Assembly: GCA_028695145.1 (NCBI GenBank)
Contig: JAQVJP010000002.1
Span: forward strand, 1-63,893
Length of the DNA stretch: 63,893 bases
Direction of reading: 5' to 3'
Origin: Eubacteriales bacterium
Lineage (GTDB): Bacteria > Bacillota > Clostridia > Saccharofermentanales > UBA5734
Under the pieces are notes generated by a model. It made no database searches. It saw nothing but the letters and a program-made list of their open reading frames with translations, and was not told where the DNA came from. Positions 1 to 10,159 of the stretch are shown here, one piece after another (within the stretch, counting starts at the first letter, position 1; each line of letters starts with the position of its first letter). The translations under genes and the position numbers were made by a program.

Positions 1-467
1 GATCTACGGTCAGGCGCCGGGATCAGATCATCTGAGTTGTCACCAACAGATGCCGGCTGTAAATCACCTGATTCCGGTCCCTCAAGGGCCATCAGTGTAG
101 TCATCTCCATTTGGTCTTCTTCATCATTGTCAGCGAGATCCTCAAGATCATCAAGATCAGCGTCATCGCCTTCGTTCATAAAAGCATTCATCATGCCGCT
201 GCCATCAAAATCGCCATCAAGCAGTGACTTCAAAAACATTTCCGGACTATTGCCATCCATCTGCGACATGACATTGTTCATGCGTTCAGTCAGTTCATCA
301 ATATTCGCTTCATTGATACCGGCCTTCTCGAACAGTTCATCCATGCCACCCATGCCGGTTTTATAAGCACACTTAAGACAGAGACCCTCGTGGATTCTCT
401 GGCCGCCTTCAAATCTGGTAGTAAATACCACCGCGATATTCTTCTTACACATTACACATTTTGACAT
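1..467 (-). CDS. Partial (runs off window start) probable ClpE/ClpC-like ATP-dependent Clp protease ATP-binding subunit; N-terminal Zn finger
   Basis: Not in the ORF track. My translation from ATG at 467: MSKCVMCKKNIAVVFTTRFEGGQRIHEGLCLKCAYK..., i.e. CxxC...CxxC then a long acidic linker, open to the edge. The AAA+ domain is not visible, so the call is inferred. Confidence 0.65.
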   Translation of the reverse strand, partial: MSKCVMCKKNIAVVFTTRFEGGQRIHEGLCLKCAYKTGMGGMDELFEKAGINEANIDELTERMNNVMSQMDGNSPEMFLKSLLDGDFDGSGMMNAFMNEGDDADLDDLEDLADNDEEDQMEMTTLMALEGPESGDLQPASVGDNSDDLIPAPDRR

Positions 468-497
468 TAAGCTATTTTCCTTTTCTTCTGCGGCATA

Positions 498-3347
498 TTA
501 TCTGCCGAGTATTTGTTTCAAATACCTGCCGGTATACGAATTTTCAACATCCGCTACTTCTTCCGGAGTTCCTTCTGCTATTACCAGACCGCCGGCATCC
601 CCACCCTCGGGGCCAAGATCTACGATATAATCGGCGGTTTTAATGACATCAAGATTGTGCTCTATCACAAGCACGGTATTACCATTTTCTGTCAGCCTGC
701 TGAGTATGTCAACAAGCTTATGAACATCAGCGACATGTAATCCGGTTGTCGGTTCATCCAGTATGTAAAAAGTATTACCGGTTCCACGTTTTGACAGCTC
801 AGTTGCCAGCTTCACTCTCTGGGCCTCACCACCTGACAGCTGTGTTGACGGCTGACCAAGTCTGATATAGCCAAGACCTACATCCTGCAGAGTCTGCAGT
901 TTACGGGCGATACGCGGCAGATTTTCAAAAAACTCCAGTCCTTCATCAACTGTCATCTCCAATACATCCGCGATTGACTTCCCCTTATATTTTACCTCAA
1001 GTGTCTCCTGATTGTATCTTCTGCCTTTACAAACGTCACATGTTACATAAATGTCAGGCAGGAAATGCATCTCAATCTTATTAACGCCATCTCCTGAGCA
1101 TGCCTCACAACGTCCTCCGCGGACATTGAAGCTGAAACGACCCTGCTTATAGCCTTTTGCCCTTGCCGCCTGTGTACCGGCATACAGCTCACGAATCAAA
1201 TCAAACACACCTGTATAAGTCGCGGGATTTGATCTTGGTGTTCTGCCTATTGGCGATTGATCAATATCGATTACCTTATCAAGATGCTCTATACCGCTTA
1301 TTTCGCGATATTTACCAGGATATCTCCGAGCTCCGTTAAGGTCGCTTGCCAGCTTCTTAAGAATAATACCGTTTACAAGCGAACTCTTACCCGAACCGGA
1401 AACACCGGTTATACAGGTCATAATACCGAGTGGGATCCTGACATCTATATCCTTAAGATTATTCTCACAGGCACCATTGATCACAAGCCAGCGATCGTCA
1501 GGTTTCCTTCTTATTGCCGGTACCTCAATAGCTTTTACTCCTGAGAGATACTGGCCTGTAATCGAACGCGGCTCAGCCATAATTTCATCTGCAGTACCCT
1601 GTGCGACGACATAGCCACCATTTTCTCCTGCTCCCGGTCCCATATCTACTATGTGATCAGCTTCCATCATCGTCTCTTCATCATGCTCAACAACAAGAAC
1701 AGTATTTCCTATATCGCGCAGTCTCTTCAGTGTGCCGAGCAAACGTGAGTTATCACGCTGATGCAGCCCTATACTTGGTTCGTCAAGAATGTAGAGTACA
1801 CCCATCAGGCCTGCTCCAATCTGAGTAGCCAGTCGAATTCGCTGAGCTTCGCCGCCGGATAAGGTTGCAGACGCCCGGGCAAGAGTCAAATAATCAAGAC
1901 CTACATCAATAAGAAACGCAAGTCGCGCGTCAAGCTCTTTATTAATCTGAGCGGCGATCTGTTTCTGTCTGTCTGTAAGTTCAACGCCCTGCAGAAACTG
2001 TCTGGCTTTCTTGATGGGGAGTGCTGTTAGTTCAGATATGTTCATACCACCAACGTGCACAGCCAGACTCTCAGGTTTAAGTCTGGCACCATTACAGACA
2101 GGACAAGGTGTCACTGACATAAACTGCTCATAATAGCTCTTCATATCATCCGAGCTGGTCTCACGGTAACGCTTCTCCAGACTGTTAACAACACCAATCC
2201 AGTCACTGCGGTATATCCCACGCGAATACTTGCTGTTTGTAGTATCTACCTCAAGCACCTCGCCATTATTACCGAAGAGAATTATATCTCTTATTTTCTT
2301 AGGCAATTTGCGAAACGGCTCATCAAGCGAAAACTTATATCTGGCAGATAGAGCTTCAATAAAACCTCGTGCCCAGGTACTTCTGTCACTGAAATTCCAA
2401 CCTCCGGCACGTATAGCTCCCTCATTCAAACTAAGTTTATCATCAAAAACTACAAGCTCGGCATCAATATTTGTCATCTGTCCCAAACCACTACATTCGG
2501 GACAGGCACCAAAAGGATTATTGAAGGAGAATGATCTTGGTGTAATTTCCTCAAGGCTTATATTACAATCTGGACAGGAAAAATGCTGTGAGAAGAGCAG
2601 TTCATCCTCATCATGACCATCTGCTGTTTCTACCTGTAATAACACAAGCGCAAGACCCTCTGATAGATGAAGAGCAGTTTCCAGAGAATCCGCCAGGCGA
2701 CTACGCACTCCATGACGCAGAATAATTCGATCAATCACGACTTCAATTGTATGTTTCTTGTTTTTATCAAGATTAATTTCTTCTTCAAGTTCATAGATAT
2801 TTCCATCAACACGAACTCGAACATAACCTGATTTACGAAACTTATCAAACAACTTATTATATTCGCCTTTGCGGCCGCGAACAACGGGAGCCATTAGTAT
2901 TAAACGGGAGCCTTCAGGATACCGTTCAATAGCTTCAATCATCTGGTCGACTGATTGCCGCTCGATAACACGTCCACACTGGGGACAATGCGGTGTGCCC
3001 ACTCTTGCGTACAGAAGACGCAGATAATCATAGATTTCCGTAACTGTACCAACTGTTGAACGCGGATTTTTGCTGGTGGTTTTCTGATCGATCGATATAG
3101 CCGGTGACAAACCGTCAATATGATCTACATCAGGTTTCTCCATCTGTCCAAGAAACTGCCGGGCATAAGATGAGAGCGACTCCACATAGCGCCTCTGTCC
3201 TTCCGCGTAAATAGTATCAAAAGCAAGCGAAGACTTGCCGCTGCCGGACAAGCCCGTTAAAACAACCAGTTTATCACGTGGTATATCCAAGCTCACATTT
3301 TTCAAATTATGTTCACGGGCACCGTGAATATGAATTACCGGATCCAT
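498..3347 (-). CDS. uvrA: Excinuclease ABC subunit A
   Basis: GAREHNLKN start, two Walker A motifs ([16 protein letters not shown]), two LSGGEAQR signatures, Zn fingers; 949 aa. Confidence 0.99.
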   Translation of the reverse strand: MDPVIHIHGAREHNLKNVSLDIPRDKLVVLTGLSGSGKSSLAFDTIYAEGQRRYVESLSSYARQFLGQMEKPDVDHIDGLSPAISIDQKTTSKNPRSTVGTVTEIYDYLRLLYARVGTPHCPQCGRVIERQSVDQMIEAIERYPEGSRLILMAPVVRGRKGEYNKLFDKFRKSGYVRVRVDGNIYELEEEINLDKNKKHTIEVVIDRIILRHGVRSRLADSLETALHLSEGLALVLLQVETADGHDEDELLFSQHFSCPDCNISLEEITPRSFSFNNPFGACPECSGLGQMTNIDAELVVFDDKLSLNEGAIRAGGWNFSDRSTWARGFIEALSARYKFSLDEPFRKLPKKIRDIILFGNNGEVLEVDTTNSKYSRGIYRSDWIGVVNSLEKRYRETSSDDMKSYYEQFMSVTPCPVCNGARLKPESLAVHVGGMNISELTALPIKKARQFLQGVELTDRQKQIAAQINKELDARLAFLIDVGLDYLTLARASATLSGGEAQRIRLATQIGAGLMGVLYILDEPSIGLHQRDNSRLLGTLKRLRDIGNTVLVVEHDEETMMEADHIVDMGPGAGENGGYVVAQGTADEIMAEPRSITGQYLSGVKAIEVPAIRRKPDDRWLVINGACENNLKDIDVRIPLGIMTCITGVSGSGKSSLVNGIILKKLASDLNGARRYPGKYREISGIEHLDKVIDIDQSPIGRTPRSNPATYTGVFDLIRELYAGTQAARAKGYKQGRFSFNVRGGRCEACSGDGVNKIEMHFLPDIYVTCDVCKGRRYNQETLEVKYKGKSIADVLEMTVDEGLEFFENLPRIARKLQTLQDVGLGYIRLGQPSTQLSGGEAQRVKLATELSKRGTGNTFYILDEPTTGLHVADVHKLVDILSRLTENGNTVLVIEHNLDVIKTADYIVDLGPEGGDAGGLVIAEGTPEEVADVENSYTGRYLKQILGR

Positions 3348-3375
3348 CTCAAACCTCTTTCAATTTATATAAAAA

Positions 3376-3389
3376 CAAACATATGTGCG
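3376..3389 (-). promoter_or_regulatory. Gram-positive LexA (SOS/Cheo) box for uvrA
   Basis: Minus strand CGCACATATGTTTG versus consensus CGAACRNRYGTTYG (1 mismatch); just downstream of the uvrA -10. Confidence 0.75.
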
Positions 3390-3395
3390 ATACTG

Positions 3396-3424
3396 ATTAT
3401 AACAGCTTATTCTACCATATCCAA
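3396..3424 (-). promoter_or_regulatory. Sigma-A promoter of uvrA
   Basis: TTGGAT-N17-TATAAT with extended -10 TG. Confidence 0.7.
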
Positions 3425-3511
3425 TGATTATTTTTGTTACAGCTGCCACAACTTTGCAGAAGCTTTTCATTGTTGTCACATTAGCTTCGAAATATTTTTT
3501 GAAAATACCAC

Positions 3512-3540
3512 TTGCCGAGCACAAATCACTATGCTATAAT
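3512..3540 (+). promoter_or_regulatory. Sigma-A promoter of tRNA-Glu
   Basis: TTGCCG-N17-TATAAT with extended -10 TG, 17 bp upstream of the tRNA. Confidence 0.8.
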
Positions 3541-3557
3541 CAACGACGCTGCAACAA

Positions 3558-3632
3558 GGCTCTATGGTCAAGCGGTCAAGACGCCGCCCTCTCACGGCGG
3601 AAACAGGGGTTCGATTCCCCTTAGGGTCACCA
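3558..3632 (+). tRNA. tRNA-Glu (anticodon CTC)
   Basis: Cloverleaf: acceptor GGCTCTA/TAGGGTC, anticodon arm CCGCC-CTCTCAC-GGCGG, T arm AGGGG-TTCGATT-CCCCT, encoded CCA. Confidence 0.97.
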
Positions 3633-3633
3633 G

Positions 3634-3669
3634 AAAAGACACAAGTTATCATAACTTGTGTCTTTTTTT
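3634..3669 (+). terminator. Intrinsic (possibly bidirectional) terminator after tRNA-Glu
   Basis: AAAAGACACAAGTTAT-C-ATAACTTGTGTCTTTT perfect inverted repeat plus T tract. Confidence 0.85.
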
Positions 3670-3727
3670 CGTCTCAGCATACTTCTTACTCTCAGTTGCA
3701 AAACAAACAACAAGCGCAAACACCGGC

Positions 3728-3755
3728 AAAAGAGCGGCGCCCACGGGCACCGCTC
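3728..3755 (-). terminator. Intrinsic terminator of the aconitase-GntR-citrate synthase operon
   Basis: Minus strand GAGCGGTGCCC-GT-GGGCGCCGCTC followed by TTTT. Confidence 0.7.
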
Positions 3756-3796
3756 AATAATCAACACTACATATTACATACATCAAATTGCAAAAC

Positions 3797-5173
3797 TTAT
3801 TTATTGTCACCATATCCACGATCACTCATACCAACATACTTGCGGCGTTTCTGAACGCACTTATAAGCAGGTCGCATGATTCTGCCGCCACTGACAAGCT
3901 CTTCGATACGATGAGCACTCCAGCCGGCAATACGAGCCACAGCGAAGATCGGTGTATAGAGCTCAGGCGGTATACCCAGCATGTTGTAAATAAAACCGGA
4001 ATAGAAGTCGACATTCGCGCAAACGATTTTGTCATTCTTCTTAACATTACGGAACACCTCCGGTGCCATACGCTCTGTAAGTGTATAGAGCTCATACTCT
4101 TCTTCTTTACCGGCCTCATAAGCCAGAGCACGAGCATAATCACGCAGCAGCTTGGTACGTGGATCTGAGAGTGTATAAACAGCATGACCAATACCATAGA
4201 TCAGACCGCTCTTATCGTAAGCTTCTTTCTTAAGTATTTTTGTCAAATACTCAGCAATTTCCATCTCATTACGCCAATTTTTTACATTGTTCTTGAGATC
4301 CTGCATCATATCGTATGCCTTGCCGCTGGCACCGCCATGCTGCGGTCCCTTAAGCGAACCTATAGCAGCGGCGATTACTGAATAGGTATCAGATCCTGAA
4401 GAAGTGACGGCCTTAGTAACGAAGGTTGAGTTGTTGCCACCGCCATGCTCAGCGTGCAGTACCAGAGCAAGATCAAGAATTCTCGCTTCAAGATCCGTAA
4501 ACTGACCATCAGGTCTGATCATGTGCAGAATGTTCTGCGCTGTGTTGTAATGAGGCTGCGGCGAATGCAGGAACAAACTCTCATTATCCACATAATGACG
4601 TTTGGCCATATAAGCATAGGAAATCAAAACCGGGAATCTGGCAATAAGTTCAATCGACTGGCGCAGTACATTTTCAATACTAATATCATCAGCCATCGGA
4701 TCATAGGCATATAGAGCAAGAACCGTTCTTGCCAACTTGTTCATGATATCCGGGCTGGGTGCCTTAAGAATCATATCCTCAGTAAAACCGACAGGCAGAT
4801 TACGATTAGCTCTGATAAGATCTTCAAACTGATCAAGCTGCTCTTGAGTCGGCAACTCACCAAACAACAACAGATAAACTGTTTCTTCAAAACCAAATCT
4901 CTTGTCCTGATAGAATCCGTTTACTATATCAGCGACACCCATGCCTCTGTAAAAAAGACGGCCCTCAACAGGTACTCTGTCGGCATCGTCCATAATATAT
5001 GAGAAAACTTCACCAACTTCTGTCAAACCAACCAGAACTCCGGTACCGTCTTCATTACGCAAACCACGTTTAACACTGTATTTCTCATAGAGTGCCGGGT
5101 CAATTCTTGACTTAGCTGCTGAATTTGCCGCCAGCTGCTGAATAATTTCATTACGCTTTTTATCACCTATCAT
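3797..5173 (-). CDS. gltA: Citrate synthase (Si-type, citrate/2-methylcitrate synthase family)
   Basis: LHAEHGGGNNSTF, GPQHGGA, GIGHAVY..SDPR and ANVDFYSG motifs. Confidence 0.93.
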   Translation of the reverse strand: MIGDKKRNEIIQQLAANSAAKSRIDPALYEKYSVKRGLRNEDGTGVLVGLTEVGEVFSYIMDDADRVPVEGRLFYRGMGVADIVNGFYQDKRFGFEETVYLLLFGELPTQEQLDQFEDLIRANRNLPVGFTEDMILKAPSPDIMNKLARTVLALYAYDPMADDISIENVLRQSIELIARFPVLISYAYMAKRHYVDNESLFLHSPQPHYNTAQNILHMIRPDGQFTDLEARILDLALVLHAEHGGGNNSTFVTKAVTSSGSDTYSVIAAAIGSLKGPQHGGASGKAYDMMQDLKNNVKNWRNEMEIAEYLTKILKKEAYDKSGLIYGIGHAVYTLSDPRTKLLRDYARALAYEAGKEEEYELYTLTERMAPEVFRNVKKNDKIVCANVDFYSGFIYNMLGIPPELYTPIFAVARIAGWSAHRIEELVSGGRIMRPAYKCVQKRRKYVGMSDRGYGDNK

Positions 5174-5841
5174 CGACTACCTCCTGTTTCAGCCGCAAGT
5201 TTCTTATAACTGGCGGCGGCGTTTTCTATATGCTTCTGCATACTTTTCTCAGCCTTGGATACATTTCTGGTCTCAATCGCCACAAGAATACTCTCGTGCT
5301 CCTTGATAACCTGTTCGCTTCTGCCCAGCGCAGCCAGCGATACGTATCTGGCCTGCCGTGTATAAATATTAATAGAAGATAAAATATTTTGTAGGACCTT
5401 GCTGCCGCTTCCTCGAAAAATCAAATCGTGAAAGGCGGCGTCAGATTTCTGAAGTCCATTGAAATCACCTGTTTGCGCGAGCTCTGACTCCTGCTCAAAA
5501 ACGGTTCTCAGTTTTCTGATGTCAGAATCCGGCATCACAGAGGCTGCTCTGGCAGCAGCCAACGATTCCATTCTCGATCTGACCTCAAACATATCAAGCA
5601 TATCTGTCTGGTCATAGCCCTCTACAACTACGCCCTTGTTCGGTGTAGCAGCTACAAGCCCATCAAGCTCCAGCTGACAAAAAGCCTCGCGCACAGGAGT
5701 ACGGCTCACACCAAGCTCCTCCGACATCTTAATTTCTGTGAGAGCTGTGCCTTTGGGATATTTACCCAGGAGAATTCCCTCCCTCAGCTGCTCATATACC
5801 TGAAGCCGTAAAGTACCGTGACATTTGCCATCCGTCTGCAT
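5170..5841 (-). CDS. GntR (FadR/FCD subfamily) transcriptional regulator
   Basis: wHTH LGVSRTPVREA plus FCD domain (D..FH, EH..I); ATGA overlap with citrate synthase. Confidence 0.93.
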   Translation of the reverse strand: MQTDGKCHGTLRLQVYEQLREGILLGKYPKGTALTEIKMSEELGVSRTPVREAFCQLELDGLVAATPNKGVVVEGYDQTDMLDMFEVRSRMESLAAARAASVMPDSDIRKLRTVFEQESELAQTGDFNGLQKSDAAFHDLIFRGSGSKVLQNILSSINIYTRQARYVSLAALGRSEQVIKEHESILVAIETRNVSKAEKSMQKHIENAAASYKKLAAETGGSR

Positions 5842-5843
5842 AA

Positions 5844-7778
5844 TCAGACTTCCTGTCTGGTATAATTCAGCAACCCACCGGCCAGCAGAATCTTAACCTG
5901 TCTGGAGGACAACTGCAGGCTGACCTTGATCTCATAACCGCCTGTTTTATTGATTACAGTCATATCCCGACCATCGGCCAGAGCAGCGATCTGCTCGGGT
6001 GCGTTTGGAATCTCAAGTTCATCAAGCAAGTCTATTTTATCATAATCAGCCTCATCTACAAAAGACAGTGGCAAAATTCCGTTATTGATCAGATTGGCCA
6101 TGTGGATTCTGGCAAAAGATTTGGCCAGAACGGCTTTTATACCAAGCTGAAGTGGTGCTAAGGCCGCATGCTCACGACTTGAACCCTGACCATAATTGGA
6201 ACCGGCAAGGATGAAGCCTCCGCCCTGTTCTTTTGCCCGGGTCGGGAAATCCGGATCGCATGGTGTCAGGCAATAATCCGCCAGGTAAGGCACGTTTGAT
6301 CTGTATGGCAGCAGCTTCGAATTCGAAGGCATAATATGATCAGTCGTAATATTATCCTCAACCTTGATCAGAGATTTCCCACTGATCGCAGTCGGCACCT
6401 TGCTGTTAATCGGGAACGGCTTGATATTAGGACCACGTACAACTTCCGCTTCTTCACCATCAACTGCCGGCATGACGATCAGATTATCATTAACGAGGAA
6501 TCTCTCAGGCATTTCTACCTGTGGAGCCTGTCCGAGAGTTTTCGGATCTGTTATGACACCGGTCAAAGCACTGGCAGCTGCGACTTCTGGACTCACAAGA
6601 TAGACGCTTGCGGACGCGGTACCTGAACGTGCATAGAAATTTCGATTATTTGTTCTCAGTGAGATCGCGTTGGTTTTTGGCGACTGTCCCATACCGATAC
6701 ATGGTCCGCAGGCGGATTCAAGAATTCTGGCACCAGCGTCAATCATATCAGTTAGAGCACCACATTGGGCAAGCATGGTCAGAACCTGTTTTGATCCCGG
6801 AGCGATAACAAGTGAGACCGAAGCCGGAACAGACTTGCCCTTAAGCATTGCCGCTACCTTCAACATATCATGCAATGATGAGTTTGTGCAGCTGCCGATG
6901 CAAACCTGATCAACCTTCATACCGGCAATTTCCGATACTTTTACGACATCATCAGGACTATGTGGTCTGGCGATCATCGGCTCAAGTTCACTAAGATCAA
7001 TTACATGGACTTCATCATATTTAGCATCAGCGTCAGGCCCCAGTTCTTCAAACACACTCTCACGACCCTGAGCCTGCAAGAATTTTTTAGTTACGTCATC
7101 ACTTGGGAAAATAGATGTGGTAGCACCCAGTTCAGCACCCATATTTGTGATAGTAGCTCGTTCAGGCACAGACAAAGACGCGACACCTGCTCCGGTATAT
7201 TCAACAATTTTGCCGACCCCGCCTTTTACCGACATTATGCGCAAAACCTCAAGAATGATGTCCTTAGCTGTAACCCAGGGCTGAAGACGACCCTTAAGCT
7301 CAATTTTCACCATTTTGGGCATGGTCAGATAATACGCGCCGCCGCCCATAGCTACAGCTACATCGAGGCCACCTGCGCCGATAGCCAGCATACCAATGCC
7401 GCCACAGGTAGGTGTATGACTGTCAGAGCCAAGAAGAGTTTTTCCGGGAGCACCGAAACGCTCGATGTGCACCTGGTGGCAGACACCATTGCCCGGACGC
7501 GAAAAACGCACGCCATGCTTGTATGCAACAGTCTGTATATACTGATGGTCATCAGCGTTTTCAAAACCGGTTTGAAGTGTGTTATGGTCAATATACGCAA
7601 CTGACAGTTCGGTTTTAACGCGCGGGATACCCATCGCCTCAAACTGCAGATATGCCATTGTACCGGTAGAATCCTGGGTAAGTGTCTGGTCTATTCTGAT
7701 AGAGATTTCCTCGCCGGCTTTCATTTCGCCGCTGACCAGATGATTCTTGATAATTTTTTGTGCTGTAGTTAAACCCAT
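5844..7778 (-). CDS. Aconitate hydratase (short ~640-aa type)
   Basis: GSDSHT, IGSCTN, CGPCIG [4Fe-4S] ligands, TTDHI and GSSREHA motifs. Confidence 0.93.
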   Translation of the reverse strand: MGLTTAQKIIKNHLVSGEMKAGEEISIRIDQTLTQDSTGTMAYLQFEAMGIPRVKTELSVAYIDHNTLQTGFENADDHQYIQTVAYKHGVRFSRPGNGVCHQVHIERFGAPGKTLLGSDSHTPTCGGIGMLAIGAGGLDVAVAMGGGAYYLTMPKMVKIELKGRLQPWVTAKDIILEVLRIMSVKGGVGKIVEYTGAGVASLSVPERATITNMGAELGATTSIFPSDDVTKKFLQAQGRESVFEELGPDADAKYDEVHVIDLSELEPMIARPHSPDDVVKVSEIAGMKVDQVCIGSCTNSSLHDMLKVAAMLKGKSVPASVSLVIAPGSKQVLTMLAQCGALTDMIDAGARILESACGPCIGMGQSPKTNAISLRTNNRNFYARSGTASASVYLVSPEVAAASALTGVITDPKTLGQAPQVEMPERFLVNDNLIVMPAVDGEEAEVVRGPNIKPFPINSKVPTAISGKSLIKVEDNITTDHIMPSNSKLLPYRSNVPYLADYCLTPCDPDFPTRAKEQGGGFILAGSNYGQGSSREHAALAPLQLGIKAVLAKSFARIHMANLINNGILPLSFVDEADYDKIDLLDELEIPNAPEQIAALADGRDMTVINKTGGYEIKVSLQLSSRQVKILLAGGLLNYTRQEV

Positions 7779-7795
7779 GATAATTCCCTCCGCAA

Positions 7796-7807
7796 ATTGT
7801 ATACAAT
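7796..7807. promoter_or_regulatory. Probable GntR/FadR-type operator
   Basis: Perfect palindrome ATTGTATACAAT between promoter and RBS of the operon that encodes the GntR. Confidence 0.65.
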
Positions 7808-7817
7808 AATTTGCTTA

Positions 7818-7847
7818 ATTATCATGCAAGAACACATACTCTGTCAA
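7818..7847 (-). promoter_or_regulatory. Sigma-A promoter of the aconitase operon
   Basis: TTGACA-N18-GATAAT. Confidence 0.55.
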
Positions 7848-7995
7848 CCCATTTTCGCAGAGTATTTATTATCAATATTCATTTTCATTGCCTGTTTTGA
7901 ACGTTTAGAGATAAATCTCACAGTCAAACTGTAGTCATTATGCAATGTGTCGGTTTGTTTCCTGCACTTTGTATTGAAATATCGATATATCCGTA

Positions 7996-9411
7996 TCAAC
8001 CAACCAGAGTTTTACCCTCCGGAGGAACCAGCTCACGGCGAACGGATTTGTGCATAGCCAGACTGATAGCAAACGAAGCCGGTCCCACACGTCCGAGATA
8101 CATAACCGGAATCAGTACCATTTGTCCTGCCGTGGTAAGGTTCGGTGTGCCAATTGAAGACAAGCCAACAGTGCCAAAAGCAGAAGTACTCTCGTACAAT
8201 AGATCCAGGAAGCTGAAATTGCCCATATCAAGGGCTTGTCTTTCTACAACGCTCAGAATCATAGTTACAGCAATGATAATTGTTAAACCAAGACCGACAA
8301 TAGCAAGAGCCCTGGTAAAAGTCTCTCTCGCGATTTTATGCCTGATCAGAATAATATCGTCAAAACTGCGTATATCAGAAAAAATAGTTGCCATCAGCAC
8401 CGCAAAAGTAGTGATTTTGACACCGCCACCGGTTGAACCAGGTGCTGCACCGATAAACATCAGAATGATTGTCATGAATTTTGAACTGTCATGCATCGAT
8501 GCCTGATCAATAGTATTGAAACCGGCGGTACGCGGCGTGACTGATTGGAAAAAAGCGGCAAAAGGCCGCTGCCATACAGGTAACGAACCCATTGAGTAAG
8601 CGCTTCTGGCATTATCAAATTCCGCGATCAAGAAAAATATGAAGCCAAATGCAATAAGTACAACAGTCATGATGAGTACTAACTTAGTGTGAAAATGTAG
8701 TCTATGTTCCCTCTTATAACGCAGCAAATCAGACCAGACCACAAAACCCAAACCACCAACAATAAAAAGCAAAGCAGTTACGAGAATAACAAACGGTTCA
8801 TTGTTCCAGCCAACAAGGCTGCTGTAAGGCCCCGCTGCAGAATCACCATGAAGATCAAAGCCAGCATTACAAAAAGATGACACAGATTGGAAGAAACCTC
8901 TTGTCAACGCTCTGCCAAACGTCATATAACGAGAAAATCGCCAAGTCAGCAGCACGCCACCCACAAATTCTATAGAGAAGGTAATCAGTACTATTCTGCG
9001 GATAAGTCTCAGCACATCATTGAAACTAAAATTGGCAGTAGATTCCTGAGCGACAACCAAGGTTTTGAGTCTGGCTTTGCGCCTGACAAGACTGTAAAAG
9101 AAACTCGTGATCGTAACAAGTCCAAGACCGCCAATCTGAATTAGACCCAAAATTACTCCCTTGCCAAAAGTACTCCAGTATGTGGCAGTATCAACAACAA
9201 CCAATCCGGTAACACAAGTAGCGGAGGTAGCGGTAAACAAAGCACCCAGTAAACCAATACTTCTGCGCCCCTGCGCAGCAAAAGGCAAAGCCAATAACAA
9301 AGTGCCGGTCAGAATAACGAGCAGGAAAGACATAACAATCAGCCTGGCAGGTTTTGCGTTTATCCAGCGCACAGCAGGATGGGATGGTTTAGTTTTTTTG
9401 ACAATTGCCAT
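7996..9411 (-). CDS. Trk/Ktr potassium uptake membrane subunit (KtrB/TrkH family)
   Basis: Four P-loop glycine motifs: CVTGL, CNAGF, RTAGF, GTVGL; GSTGGGVK; multiple TM helices. Confidence 0.93.
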   Translation of the reverse strand: MAIVKKTKPSHPAVRWINAKPARLIVMSFLLVILTGTLLLALPFAAQGRRSIGLLGALFTATSATCVTGLVVVDTATYWSTFGKGVILGLIQIGGLGLVTITSFFYSLVRRKARLKTLVVAQESTANFSFNDVLRLIRRIVLITFSIEFVGGVLLTWRFSRYMTFGRALTRGFFQSVSSFCNAGFDLHGDSAAGPYSSLVGWNNEPFVILVTALLFIVGGLGFVVWSDLLRYKREHRLHFHTKLVLIMTVVLIAFGFIFFLIAEFDNARSAYSMGSLPVWQRPFAAFFQSVTPRTAGFNTIDQASMHDSSKFMTIILMFIGAAPGSTGGGVKITTFAVLMATIFSDIRSFDDIILIRHKIARETFTRALAIVGLGLTIIIAVTMILSVVERQALDMGNFSFLDLLYESTSAFGTVGLSSIGTPNLTTAGQMVLIPVMYLGRVGPASFAISLAMHKSVRRELVPPEGKTLVG

Positions 9412-9423
9412 GATGTATATTTC

Positions 9424-10089
9424 CTACCTTCTTACCATCTTTTTCCAGATAACGTCATAATCCTTCTCATCACAGACCAGAAGCATGGTGTCATCAGCCT
9501 GCATGATAATATCACCTCGCGGCATCTCCACTTGGCCATTTTGTCTTGTCAGAAGAACAACTTTGCTGGTTCCGGGGAAGTCATATTCTGCCAAAGTTTT
9601 CTTGCAGGCATCAGAACGAGGAGATAGTACGAATTCAATAATAAACTTCGAAGTTTTCTCAACTGAGAAAACAACTCTCATCCCATCATAATCTATATCT
9701 TGTTCAATGATATCCGCCAGGATCTGTGTGCTCGAATAAACCTTATCTACACCAAGCCTGGTGAACATTTCCGCGTTTTTCGGATTATTAACACGTGCTA
9801 CGGTATTACGGACATTAAACCTCTTCTTGGCAATCTCACAGCCAACGAGATTATTCTCATCCTTGCCGGTAACCGCGATGTAGAAGTCGGCATGTCTGCA
9901 GCCACTCTCTTCCATAATCCGTATACTCGTTCCATCACCATGAAAAACACTGACTTCGTCGAAATCCGTCGCGATTCTCTCGCTTACATCCTTCAGAGCT
10001 TCAATAACAGAAATCTGATGTTTGTAAGGCCTAAGAGTTTTGATAAGATAGTAGGCCAGTTTGCCACCGCCTACAATTACGATTCGCAT
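9424..10089 (-). CDS. TrkA/KtrA family RCK regulatory subunit
   Basis: MRIVIVGGGKLA Rossmann motif plus TrkA-C domain; start moved to the ATG at 10089. Confidence 0.9.
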   Translation of the reverse strand: MRIVIVGGGKLAYYLIKTLRPYKHQISVIEALKDVSERIATDFDEVSVFHGDGTSIRIMEESGCRHADFYIAVTGKDENNLVGCEIAKKRFNVRNTVARVNNPKNAEMFTRLGVDKVYSSTQILADIIEQDIDYDGMRVVFSVEKTSKFIIEFVLSPRSDACKKTLAEYDFPGTSKVVLLTRQNGQVEMPRGDIIMQADDTMLLVCDEKDYDVIWKKMVRR

Positions 10090-10159
10090 AATAAACAACC
10101 CTCTGCAAAACTACAAAACTGTGTTTTGCCAAATATCTTCTTAACTATATTCCTGTTAG

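Noticed and set aside
3434..3451. Rex-like operator TTGTTACAGCTGCCACAA
   Set aside because: Several mismatches to consensus and no redox gene adjacent
3558..3800. tRNA as an integration site for an island or prophage
   Set aside because: No integrase, no duplicated tRNA 3' end seen, and core genes on both sides
3424..3879. Several short ORFs across the uvrA-gltA spacer
   Set aside because: They overlap the tRNA, its promoter and the terminators
4584..4592. DnaA box TTATCCACA
   Set aside because: Single copy inside a coding sequence, with no cluster or origin context
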